Shown: in pieces, positions 20,002 through 28,730 of the stretch
How the letters are laid out: each line of letters begins with the position of its first letter
Position numbering within the stretch: position 1 is the first letter of the stretch
From: Methanomicrobiales archaeon
GTDB taxonomy: Archaea; Halobacteriota; Methanomicrobia; Methanomicrobiales; JACTUA01
Assembly (NCBI GenBank): GCA_015660865.1
Contig: JACTUA010000001.1
Location: forward strand, 200,304 to 264,303
Direction: 5' to 3'
DNA: 64,000 nucleotides
Made by a program: the position numbers and the translations under genes
Notes under the pieces: generated by a model
Told to the model about the DNA's origin: nothing
The model's input: the letters and a program-made list of their open reading frames with translations, nothing else
The model's database searches: none

Positions 20002-21342
20002 CTACAGGATGATCTCCGCTGAGACCCCGCCCATATCTATCCGGGTCCCCGGGTTGAGGGGGACGGACTTCTGGGAAGGGACATCGAGGCTCTGTCCGTC
20101 AGGGAAGATGACATGCCACACGACCCGGGAGAGGTTGCGGATACCCCAGATGGCGGGATCGGCGGGGTTCCGCACCACCTGACCAACCGGAGCCGGGTCC
20201 GCATCGTCCCGGCTCCCTGGGGTTATCACCGACTGGGCGATGGTTGCCCCATCGGTGAGAAGGACGTGGTGGGTGCCGAAACTCGTGGTGACCACGAGCT
20301 TGGGAGGGAGGGGGATGGAGCTCGAGCAGTTCCAGCAGGCAAGGATTTTCCCGCCGGGTTCCCAGATGTTCTCGGCCCGGCAGCTCGGGCAGGGGATGGT
20401 GCCATCGGAGAGCTGGAGGAAGAGCCTCTGCCACTCCCCCTCGGTGACCCTCCTCCTCGGTTCATGGACGCCGGCGGTGAAGGCACGGGTGAAGAGATCC
20501 CTGAGGGATGCCGGGCAGTAGCCCCAGCGGGCTCTGACGGTCTGGTAATCGGGATCGGGAGGGGGGCTGTTCCTGCTGTCCGCCGGGTTGAAGATGAAGA
20601 CAGGGTTCCCGTAGACCTTCCTCTTTGCAGGGATGTCCCAGACCCTGAGCTCGTACTCCATCCTGCCATGGAAGGGGTGGTGCCAGCACCAGAGGTTGAA
20701 GAGGAGAACTGCAAGGGAGTGGAGGTCCGTCTCGGTCGAGGGGTCCGCCTCGCCCCTGATGATCTCGGGGGCCATGTACTCCATCGTGCCCCAGACCTGG
20801 CTCCGGGACTGGCGGTTCACCCCGACGTTATCGTTGTCGCAGATGAGGATCTCTCCTCCAATCGGATCGAACATGAGGTTCCCGTCGGATATGTCGCGGT
20901 AGCAGAGCCCCGAGAGATGGAGGGCACGGTAGCTGTTGGCGAGCTGGTACGAGATGCGGGTGAGGGAACGAAAGCCCGGGACGGGTTTTAAATGGGCCTG
21001 GACCTCCCCGAGCTCCGCGAACCGCGACGTGTCAATGAGGCGCATCAGGTAGCCGAACTGGGGCTGCCCCTGGGCGGTGACGAGATCCAGCGGCCAGATG
21101 AACCGTGCCCCTGCCGCCCCCCGTGGCGGGCCGGCCTGGACCAGCGCACGAATGGCAGCAATCTGGTCCAGGGTGGCCTGGGCGGGCTTGTACCACTTGA
21201 GTGCCTGCTGCCCGTGGGGACCATCCACGAGGTATACCTCCCCCTGGGTCCCCTCCCCGAGCTTTCTCTTCACGGTGAGCGTGATCTTCATCATCTCGGC
21301 CTTGACCTTCTGGCCGGGCTCAAGAGGCATTGGGGGTCTCAC
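20002..21342 (-). CDS. Ser/Thr protein kinase with C-terminal Zn-ribbon and FHA-like tail
   Basis: Gly loop LGEGTQGEVY, Lys in ALKWY, catalytic YRDISDGN, DND in place of DFG, and GTMEYMAPE. C-terminus has CPSC..CWNC followed by a beta-rich tail. Confidence 0.85.
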   Translation of the reverse strand: MRPPMPLEPGQKVKAEMMKITLTVKRKLGEGTQGEVYLVDGPHGQQALKWYKPAQATLDQIAAIRALVQAGPPRGAAGARFIWPLDLVTAQGQPQFGYLMRLIDTSRFAELGEVQAHLKPVPGFRSLTRISYQLANSYRALHLSGLCYRDISDGNLMFDPIGGEILICDNDNVGVNRQSRSQVWGTMEYMAPEIIRGEADPSTETDLHSLAVLLFNLWCWHHPFHGRMEYELRVWDIPAKRKVYGNPVFIFNPADSRNSPPPDPDYQTVRARWGYCPASLRDLFTRAFTAGVHEPRRRVTEGEWQRLFLQLSDGTIPCPSCRAENIWEPGGKILACWNCSSSIPLPPKLVVTTSFGTHHVLLTDGATIAQSVITPGSRDDADPAPVGQVVRNPADPAIWGIRNLSRVVWHVIFPDGQSLDVPSQKSVPLNPGTRIDMGGVSAEIIL

Positions 21343-22294
21343 CCCCGGGCCCTGATCCGGTTCCGCCCCCGGCCTCTGCTTCGGTTCCGTTTCCCGGAGC
21401 CATACCCGTCTCCCCGGTCCGCTGTTCGAATCCTTCAGCTCCTGGCACCGGGTTCAGGGAGACGAGGACGAGGGTCATGTCGTCCCCGCTCCCGTTCAGG
21501 GAGTACCCGTCCAGCCAGCCCGGGAGGGCTGACCCGACCCGCTCGATACCAAAGCCCGTCACCCTCTCAGAGAGGGAGCGGGCGAAGACATGGAACTCGG
21601 ATTCAGGGTTCTCGAAGGAGTCCGAGAGGCCGTCCGTTGCCAGCAGGAGGAGCCCCCCGGCCCCGATGGGGAACCGGGCGGTCCGCCAGAGGCCCGGGGA
21701 GTCCCGGGAGGAGAGCGAGTAGGTGACCATACCGAGGAGGGTCTCGTCCTTCGGTACCGGTGCCTCGATGCTCCCGTCAGGGCGGACGAGGAGGATATCC
21801 CCGTCGCCGATCTGCCCCACCCAGCACTCGGAGCCATCGATGAGGGCGATGAGAAGGGTGCTGCCGTACCGGGTGAGGAGGTCCGGTACCCCCTCTCCAT
21901 CAGGAGAGAGACCGGGCTTCCGTCCTGCGTCGGCCACCACAGATTCCCTCCACCTCGCGGTGACCCTGGTGTGGAACTCCTCTTCCCCGGCGAGAGAGAC
22001 CGGCCGCCAGGCCCCTACGCTCCCCGCGACGGGGAGAGAAGCGATCACCTCGCCGACCGCTGCCTGTATGGCGAGGGCGGCACCGCAGTGGGAGAGATCG
22101 TGCCGTGCACCCCCGTGACCGTCTGCCACTGCCACCGCGAGAATGGGCTCACCCATGAAAGAGGACGACCAGATGGCATGGGCATCCTGGCAGGGCCTCC
22201 CGTCCTTTGCATGGGAGGTCCCCCGCCGGCTGCATCCGCAAGCCCAGCCGATGGGCGAGATGCTGACCGGCACGGTCTTCCGGGTCTCCTCCAT
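21320..22294 (-). CDS. PP2C-family protein phosphatase
   Basis: SRRGTSHAKDGRPCQDA, AVADGHGGARH and LLLATDGLSD are PP2C metal-binding motifs. Confidence 0.8.
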   Translation of the reverse strand: MEETRKTVPVSISPIGWACGCSRRGTSHAKDGRPCQDAHAIWSSSFMGEPILAVAVADGHGGARHDLSHCGAALAIQAAVGEVIASLPVAGSVGAWRPVSLAGEEEFHTRVTARWRESVVADAGRKPGLSPDGEGVPDLLTRYGSTLLIALIDGSECWVGQIGDGDILLVRPDGSIEAPVPKDETLLGMVTYSLSSRDSPGLWRTARFPIGAGGLLLLATDGLSDSFENPESEFHVFARSLSERVTGFGIERVGSALPGWLDGYSLNGSGDDMTLVLVSLNPVPGAEGFEQRTGETGMAPGNGTEAEAGGGTGSGPGGETPNAS

Positions 22295-22303
22295 GGGTCG
22301 CTC

Positions 22304-23020
22304 CTAGAAGGGCTCGGTGCTCGACGTGATGGTAGGGGGCGGGGGGGAGAGAGCCACGTTCGAGGTCTCGCTCGTGAGATCCTTTGACTTCGACCGGGAC
22401 GAACTCAGGGTCGCCTCGGTGGATGCCCACTTGATAAAGTTCAGGAGCTCTTCCGGCGTGTGGGCCTTGAGGATCCCCAGCTTCTCCTGGTTGGAGAATT
22501 TCAGGAGTTCGGGCTCGTTATAATCTGACTCGTCTCCGATGGCAATGGCGAGCCGGATGGCCTTCATGCCCCAGGGGGTATGGTTCAGGTCTGCGATGGC
22601 TTTGTCATACTCACCTTCGGGATCGGTGCAGTAGCCGTCCGAGACGAGGATGCAGACCGGGGGAAGGCCCCTCCGGGGCATCTTCTCGACGGAGAGCTCG
22701 GAGATCAGGAGACGGACAGCCTTCGCTGTCGCGGTGAGGCCGTCGGCCTGGAGCTCAGGCCAGAAGAACTGCTCGATGGAGACGGGTGCAGGCCCGACAT
22801 GCCAGGTGGCCTCGTCCGAGAACTTGATGGCCCGCATCATCACCTGGACCTGGGGGTGGGCTGCGACAGCCTTCTGGATGAGGGGAAGGGATTCGCGGAT
22901 GGCCTGGTTGAGGGTTGCTATCTTCTTGCCCCCCATGGAGGCGGAGTAGTCGGTGAGCCAGAAGAAGTGGAGAACCCTTCTCGCCACCTTCCCGTCCGGC
23001 GCAGGAATATCGTTTGGCAT
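22304..23020 (-). CDS. von Willebrand factor A (TerY-like) protein
   Basis: MIDAS motif DYSASMGG plus LVSDGYCTD. ATG 23020 is preceded by AGGAG at 7 nt. The ORF-track start at 23206 adds 62 AT-richer codons judged to be leader. Confidence 0.8.
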   Translation of the reverse strand: MPNDIPAPDGKVARRVLHFFWLTDYSASMGGKKIATLNQAIRESLPLIQKAVAAHPQVQVMMRAIKFSDEATWHVGPAPVSIEQFFWPELQADGLTATAKAVRLLISELSVEKMPRRGLPPVCILVSDGYCTDPEGEYDKAIADLNHTPWGMKAIRLAIAIGDESDYNEPELLKFSNQEKLGILKAHTPEELLNFIKWASTEATLSSSRSKSKDLTSETSNVALSPPPPTITSSTEPF

Positions 23021-23291
23021 GGTGACTCCTAGAGAGTATACTACATAACGGTTCTCGTCGGTATTAAAGGATTGGACAGGCGCGATTGGCGCGGCAACTA
23101 CTTCCTCTGGGATATTGGAACAAGGCCGCATCCGATGGATAGTATCCGCAGAAGCCGGGTAAGGAGCCGGGTGATTATGGGAGAGTATGGAAAGAGAAAA
23201 AGACAATGAATTGTGGTTGCTTGACCAGAAATAGTAATTATATCGAGTATAATTTTTTTATTCAAATCTTTTTCAGAAATTCAAAGAGAAG

Positions 23292-23304
23292 AATATATAT
23301 ATAG
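23292..23304 (+). promoter_or_regulatory. TATA-like box upstream of the PAS sensor gene
   Basis: AATATATATATAG lies about 30 nt upstream of ATG 23332, in an AT-rich divergent intergenic region. Confidence 0.3.
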
Positions 23305-23331
23305 AAAAACAGATTTATCATAAATCAGCCT

Positions 23332-26328
23332 ATGGACTCCCCCGCTCCTTTCGAGGAACACCCGGTAAACAGGATCTATCTCCCGGCATACTTCATTCTC
23401 ATATCCTCGATCATCCCGATCATCATCTCCATCTACTGCCTCTCGCGGGGGATCTACGACGTATTCCCTCACATCTTCTATATCCCCATCATTCTCACCG
23501 CCTACGCGTACCCACGGAAGGGGATCTATGGCTCGGTGATCCTGGGGGGCATCTACCTTGCCCTCGTCTACATCTTCGCATATCCGAGCATCGATGCCTT
23601 AGGCGGGGCCACGACACGGTTCTTCTTCTTCGTTGCCATCGGTGCGGTGATCACCCTCCTTGTCCGGAGGATGCGGGATGAGGAGGAGAAGTACCATGGG
23701 ATCTTCGATCACTCGCAGGACGGGGTATTCCTCCTCTCAAAGGACCTCGGGACCATCATCGACGCAAATCCCATGGCGGCCGAGCTCCTCGCCTGCGCCT
23801 CAGACAGGCTTCCCGGCATGGACTTTTCGGCCCTGTGGCAGGATGCCGGAACAATGGATGCCTTCAGGAAAAAGATCGGGGAGGGGCAGAGTGTTGCAGG
23901 ACTGGAAGGCCGGATCAAATGCCAGGACGGGCGGGTGAAGGAGGTGCTCATCTCGGCCGGAGTGCTCCCCGACGGTAAGATCGCCTGCTCCATGGCGGAT
24001 ATCACGGACCGCATCGAGGCCGCAAAGGCGGTAGAGAGGGAGCGGCAGGAGCTTCTGGATATCATCGAGTTCCTTCCCGATGCCACCTTTGTCATCGACC
24101 GGGAGAAGAAGGTCATCGCCTGGAACCGGGCCATCGAGGCCATGACCGGCCTCCCCAAGGCGGAGATCCTCGGGATGGGCGATTACGCCTATGCCCTTCC
24201 CTTCTACAGCGAGCGGAGGCCCGTCCTCATCGACCTGATCTTTGAGGGGAACCCTGAGATCGAGGCCCGCTACGAGTGGATCAAAAGGGAGGGAGCTATC
24301 GTATACGGGGAGATATTCATTCCCCGGTTAAGGAATGGTCTGGGTGCTCACCTGTGGGTGAAGGCTTCCCCCCTCCTGGACAGGGACGGGAACGTCGCCG
24401 GGGCAATCGAGACGATCCGGGACATCACCGAACGCAGGATGTCAGAGGAGGTCCTCCGCGAATCGGAGTTGAATTACCGGACCGTCTTCAATGGCGCGAA
24501 CGATGCCATCCTGATCTATGATCTCGACGAGGGGTGCTTCACCGAGGTGAACAGGAAGGCCGTGGAGATGTTCGGCTACGGCCAGGAGGAACTGGCCGCG
24601 ATGAGCTTTGAGGACCTGATGTCGGGAGATCCCTCCTTCACCAGGACGGATGCCTTCAAGAAATTTGCACGGGTGAGAGAGGAGCTGATGCAGGGGAAAC
24701 CCCTGCTTATCGAATGGATGGCAAGGGATAAATCGGGAAGGGCCTTCTGGGTGGAGATGAACCTGAAGAAGGCGACCATCTGGGGGGAGACCCGCATCCT
24801 TGCCGTCGTGCGGGATATCACCGCCCGGAAAGCGTCGGAGGACGCGCTCAGGGCCTCGGAGGCCAACTACCGGGCTGTGTTCAACGCGGCAAGCGAGGGG
24901 ATCTTTGTCATCGACCCGGTGACCTACCGGATCCTTGACACGAATACCAAGGGGAACGAGATGCTCGGGTATACCCGCGAGGAGCTCCTCGCGATGGATA
25001 TCAACGTCCTCTCCGATACCGAGCACGGGTTTACCCTCCAGAATGGCCGGGACTGGCTGATCAAGGAGATCAGCGAGGAACCCAGGCTCTTCGAGTGGAG
25101 GTCACGGGCAAAGTCCGGCAGGCTCTTCTGGGTGGAGGTAGACCTGAAGCGGGCTACCATCGGGGGCGGGGAGCGACTGCTCGCCGTGGTCAGGGATATC
25201 ACCGTCAGGAAGCAGACCGAGGACCTGGGGCAGATCCAGCACAAGCTCGCCGAGCGGCTGGGCCAGGCCGTCCCTGCAGAGGAGGCATTCCGGCTTGTGA
25301 CCGATACCCTTGTCCGGATCGAGGGAATCGATGCCACCTTCGCCTGTATCCTTGATGAAGAGACACAGGTCTTCCACCCCTCCCACCTCCATGGCTTCTC
25401 CATGACGAACCCTCCAGGACTCTCCTGCTCGATGCTCGGTGACCTCGAGCATGAGCTCGAGGCCGGAAAGGCTGTCTTTTTCCATGCAGAGAGGGCGGAC
25501 ACCCCGTTCTCGGGAATCTTCTCTCCTGAAGGGATCCGTGCCATGGCCCTCCTCCCTGTCATTGCGGATGGTAAGCGGATCGCGGTCCTCGTGGGGTGCT
25601 CACGTTCCCTCGATGAGTTCCCGGCAATCACGCGGAGCAGCCTCGAGACCATCGCCCACCAGATCGGCGTGAACATCGCGAGGATCAGGAACCGGGAGGC
25701 GCTCGAGAGGAGCGAGGCGCTCTACCGGGCTGTGGTCGAGGTCCAGACGGAGATGATCAGCCGGTTCCTGCCCGACGGGACCCATATCTTCGCGAACGAG
25801 GCGTACCTCAGGTTCTTCGGGAGAAACCGGGGCGATCTCATCGGGAAGAGGTTCATCCCTCCCATCCCGGACCTGGATATCGCCCTCGTAAAGCAGCACT
25901 TTTCATCACTCTCCAGGGAGAACCCGGTCGGGACCATCGAGCACCGGGTGATCCTTCCCACCGGCGAGATCAGGTGGATGCAGTGGACCGACCGGGCAAT
26001 CTTCGACGCTGATGGCTCCCTCGCCGAGTTCCAGTCGGTGGGGAAGGACATCACCGCAACGAAGATGATGGAGGAGGTCGAGACAAAGGCCTTCCTCCAG
26101 ATAGAGAAGAACATCGAGCAGCTCGCAATCCTCGGTGACCATATCAGGAACCCCCTCGCCGTTATCGTGGGAATCGCGGATCTGGAAGGAGGGGCCACTT
26201 CAGAGAACATCATCCAGCAGGCCCGGATCATCGACCAGATCATCACCCAGCTCGACCGGGGATGGATCGAGTCCGAGAAGATCCGCGAGTTCCTGAAGAA
26301 GAACAACAGCGACGGGTACTTCAGGTGA
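23332..26328 (+). CDS. membrane-anchored multi-PAS/GAF sensor ending in a DHp-like helix, with no HATPase domain
   Basis: 998 aa. N-terminal hydrophobic segments are followed by at least five PAS-like repeats (recurring RDITERK/RDITARK/RDITVRK junctions). The tail LAILGDHIRNPLAVIVG resembles a HisKA H-box, and the ORF ends about 60 aa later. Confidence 0.85.
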   Translation: MDSPAPFEEHPVNRIYLPAYFILISSIIPIIISIYCLSRGIYDVFPHIFYIPIILTAYAYPRKGIYGSVILGGIYLALVYIFAYPSIDALGGATTRFFFFVAIGAVITLLVRRMRDEEEKYHGIFDHSQDGVFLLSKDLGTIIDANPMAAELLACASDRLPGMDFSALWQDAGTMDAFRKKIGEGQSVAGLEGRIKCQDGRVKEVLISAGVLPDGKIACSMADITDRIEAAKAVERERQELLDIIEFLPDATFVIDREKKVIAWNRAIEAMTGLPKAEILGMGDYAYALPFYSERRPVLIDLIFEGNPEIEARYEWIKREGAIVYGEIFIPRLRNGLGAHLWVKASPLLDRDGNVAGAIETIRDITERRMSEEVLRESELNYRTVFNGANDAILIYDLDEGCFTEVNRKAVEMFGYGQEELAAMSFEDLMSGDPSFTRTDAFKKFARVREELMQGKPLLIEWMARDKSGRAFWVEMNLKKATIWGETRILAVVRDITARKASEDALRASEANYRAVFNAASEGIFVIDPVTYRILDTNTKGNEMLGYTREELLAMDINVLSDTEHGFTLQNGRDWLIKEISEEPRLFEWRSRAKSGRLFWVEVDLKRATIGGGERLLAVVRDITVRKQTEDLGQIQHKLAERLGQAVPAEEAFRLVTDTLVRIEGIDATFACILDEETQVFHPSHLHGFSMTNPPGLSCSMLGDLEHELEAGKAVFFHAERADTPFSGIFSPEGIRAMALLPVIADGKRIAVLVGCSRSLDEFPAITRSSLETIAHQIGVNIARIRNREALERSEALYRAVVEVQTEMISRFLPDGTHIFANEAYLRFFGRNRGDLIGKRFIPPIPDLDIALVKQHFSSLSRENPVGTIEHRVILPTGEIRWMQWTDRAIFDADGSLAEFQSVGKDITATKMMEEVETKAFLQIEKNIEQLAILGDHIRNPLAVIVGIADLEGGATSENIIQQARIIDQIITQLDRGWIESEKIREFLKKNNSDGYFR

Positions 26329-26442
26329 GTCCGGGATCGGGCCCTTGCGATAATCTCCCCGGGCTGCCCTTCTGATACCTCCCCTTCGCTGGGAAGATAA
26401 CCTCGGTGCATGGGTAAAGATTAATGGAATTCCCGTGACAAT

Positions 26443-26634
26443 GTGATCTCCATGCTTGTGATACACAGGGAGTGCTGCGGCTACTGCGGGGCCTGCGTCT
26501 CGGTCTGCCCCGAGGGTGCTCTCGAACTCATCGATGCCTTCCTCTCCGTGGACGACTGCTGCGTGAGCTGCGGGGTCTGCACGAAGGCCTGCCCGCTCGG
26601 TGCCCTGGAGGTGACTGATGAAGAACCGGTATGA
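26443..26634 (+). CDS. 2x[4Fe-4S] ferredoxin
   Basis: [13 protein letters not shown] and [12 protein letters not shown]. It overlaps the following geranylgeranyl reductase. This is a known ferredoxin/GGR pairing in methanogens. Confidence 0.85.
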   Translation: MISMLVIHRECCGYCGACVSVCPEGALELIDAFLSVDDCCVSCGVCTKACPLGALEVTDEEPV

Positions 26635-27823
26635 CGTGCTCATCATCGGGGGCGGGCCCGGAGGGGCGGTAGCTGCAGGGGATCTTGCAGAGAAGGGCCA
26701 TTCGGTCTGCCTGGTCGAGAAGCGCCCGGCCATCGGAGCACCGGTGCGCTGCGCCGAAGGGATCGGGAAGGAGGTCCTCGCACAGTTCATCGAGCCCGAT
26801 GACCGGTGGATCTCGGCCGAGATCCAGGGTGCCTGTCTGGTCGCCCCGGATGGTACCACCATGTCCATCGAGCGGGAGATGGCAGGGTCCAAGGTCGGGT
26901 ATATCCTGGACCGGAAGATCTTCGACCGCGAGCTCGTCTGGCAGGCTGCTTCAAAGGGTGCCGAGGTCCATGTGAAGACCCGGGCGACCGCACCCCTCCT
27001 CGAAGACGGGACGGTGAAGGGAGCGACGCTCGAGAGCTGCGGCGAGGTGAGGGATGTCAGGGCGGACGTGGTCATCGCCGCTGATGGGGTCGAGTCCAAG
27101 TTCTCGCGCTGGTGCGGGGTCGATACGGCCGTTCCCCTCCGGGAGCTGATGAGCTGCGCTCAGTACCTCCTCACCGACATCGAGATCGACCCCGCCATGA
27201 CCGTCTTCTACCTGGGGAACAAGGTAGCCCCTGAGGGATATGCCTGGGTCTTTCCGAAGGGCGACCGGACCGCGAACGTGGGCATCGGCATATCCTCCCG
27301 CAGGTCCAGGGACGGGAACCGGGCAAGGGATTACCTGGACCGCTTCGTGGCGGACCATTTCCCTGACGGGAAGACCATCGAGTATATCGTGGGGGGCGTC
27401 TCGGTCTGCAGACCCCTCTCCTGCACGGTCTCCGACGGCCTCATGATCGTCGGCGATGCAGCGCGGGTGAGCGACCCCATCACCGGCGGCGGTATCTTCA
27501 ATGCCATGCACACGGGGAGGCTCGCGGCCGGTATTGCATCGGGCTGTATCTCGGCGGGGGACTGCAGCGGGACGGCCCTCATGCCCTATGACCAGGCATG
27601 GAGGCACTCGAAGTTCGGGAAGAACCTGGAGAGGAACTACCGGATCAAGGAGTACTTCATCACCCTCTCCGATGACAAGCTGAACGCGATCGTCCATTCC
27701 ATCTCCAGGATGAACCTGAAAGACTTCTCGGTCTTCGCACTGGTGAAGGAGCTCCTCAAGAGGAACCCCCGCCTCCTCCTCGAGCTGAAGGGGCTCCGCG
27801 ACTCCCTCTCCATCCCCGACTGA
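26618..27823 (+). CDS. geranylgeranyl reductase family flavoprotein (digeranylgeranylglycerophospholipid reductase-like)
   Basis: [16 protein letters not shown] dinucleotide fold, RCAEG, GDAAR. About 400 aa. Confidence 0.9.
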   Translation: MKNRYDVLIIGGGPGGAVAAGDLAEKGHSVCLVEKRPAIGAPVRCAEGIGKEVLAQFIEPDDRWISAEIQGACLVAPDGTTMSIEREMAGSKVGYILDRKIFDRELVWQAASKGAEVHVKTRATAPLLEDGTVKGATLESCGEVRDVRADVVIAADGVESKFSRWCGVDTAVPLRELMSCAQYLLTDIEIDPAMTVFYLGNKVAPEGYAWVFPKGDRTANVGIGISSRRSRDGNRARDYLDRFVADHFPDGKTIEYIVGGVSVCRPLSCTVSDGLMIVGDAARVSDPITGGGIFNAMHTGRLAAGIASGCISAGDCSGTALMPYDQAWRHSKFGKNLERNYRIKEYFITLSDDKLNAIVHSISRMNLKDFSVFALVKELLKRNPRLLLELKGLRDSLSIPD

Positions 27824-27881
27824 ATTCATCCTCCCCTCTTCCTCCATCACCCTGAAATACCGGGGGACCCTATATCTCCCT

Positions 27882-28517
27882 GTGATCTGCGGCGTGGACG
27901 AGGCGGGGAAGGGTGCCGTCCTCGGCCCCCTCGTTGTTGCAGCGGTTGCATGCGGGAGCGACGAGGAGGCGAGAGCCATCGGGGCACGGGACTCAAAGAC
28001 CCTCTCGCCGAAGAGACGCGAGGAGGTCTATACCGAGATCATTGCCCGTTTCTCGGTGGCAACGAGGATCCTCACGCCTGGTGAGATCGATGCCCGCCCG
28101 AGGGCAAGCCTGAATACCTGTATCGCCCGCGCCCATGCCGCGGTCGTCTCGGACCTCAACCCCGACATGGCCATCCTGGATGCCTGCGACGTGGATGCCC
28201 GTCGCTATGGAAGAACCGTGTCCGGGTTTCTCGCGAAGAAGTGCAGGCTCCTCTCCGTCCATGAGGCCGACGGGAAGTACCCTGTCGTCGGGGCAGCAAG
28301 CATCGTGGCAAAGGTCCTCAGGGACAGGGCCATCGCAGACCTTGCCCAGCAATACGGGGAGATCGGGAGCGGGTATCCCTCCGATCCGGTCACCATCGTC
28401 TATCTGAAGGAGTACCTGCGAGCCCGGAAGACTCCCCCGCCCTTCGCACGGATGAGCTGGGCCACCACCCGATCCCTCGTGAACGAGCTCCACCAGACCC
28501 GGATGAGCGAATTTTAA
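27882..28517 (+). CDS. rnhB: ribonuclease HII
   Basis: GTG start. ICGVDEAGKGAVLGPLVVAA, DSKTLS and SGYPSD motifs. Confidence 0.9.
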   Translation: MICGVDEAGKGAVLGPLVVAAVACGSDEEARAIGARDSKTLSPKRREEVYTEIIARFSVATRILTPGEIDARPRASLNTCIARAHAAVVSDLNPDMAILDACDVDARRYGRTVSGFLAKKCRLLSVHEADGKYPVVGAASIVAKVLRDRAIADLAQQYGEIGSGYPSDPVTIVYLKEYLRARKTPPPFARMSWATTRSLVNELHQTRMSEF

Positions 28518-28682
28518 GGCCGTCATTTGCACGGAAGTGCCGGGCCACCACCCGATCCCTCGTGAACGAGCTTCACCAGTCCGTGATGAATGAATTTTAA
28601 GGCCTTCTTCTGCCCTGATAAATGGGCCACCCGATCCCTCGTGAACGGACTTCGGCAGACCCGGATGAGCGAACTTTAAGGC
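28459..28682. repeat. three tandem copies (period about 82-83 nt) of the last ~57 nt of rnhB
   Basis: Copy 1 at 28461-28517 (coding ATTRSLVNELHQTRMSEF*). Copy 2 at 28544-28600 (ATTRSLVNELHQSVMNEF*). Copy 3 at 28626-28679 (AT-RSLVNGLRQTRMSEL*). Confidence 0.9.
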
Positions 28683-28730
28683 GTTCCGGGCGGGCTCACC
28701 ATTTATCAGCAAACAGAGCAGAGGTACCAT

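Noticed and set aside
28459-28682. Possibility that the tandem arrays at 28459-28682 and 32285-32525 are mini-CRISPR arrays.
   Set aside because: The units are degenerate copies of adjacent coding sequence and the so-called spacers are themselves repeated. There are no unique spacers, no palindromic CRISPR-type repeat and no cas genes in the window.
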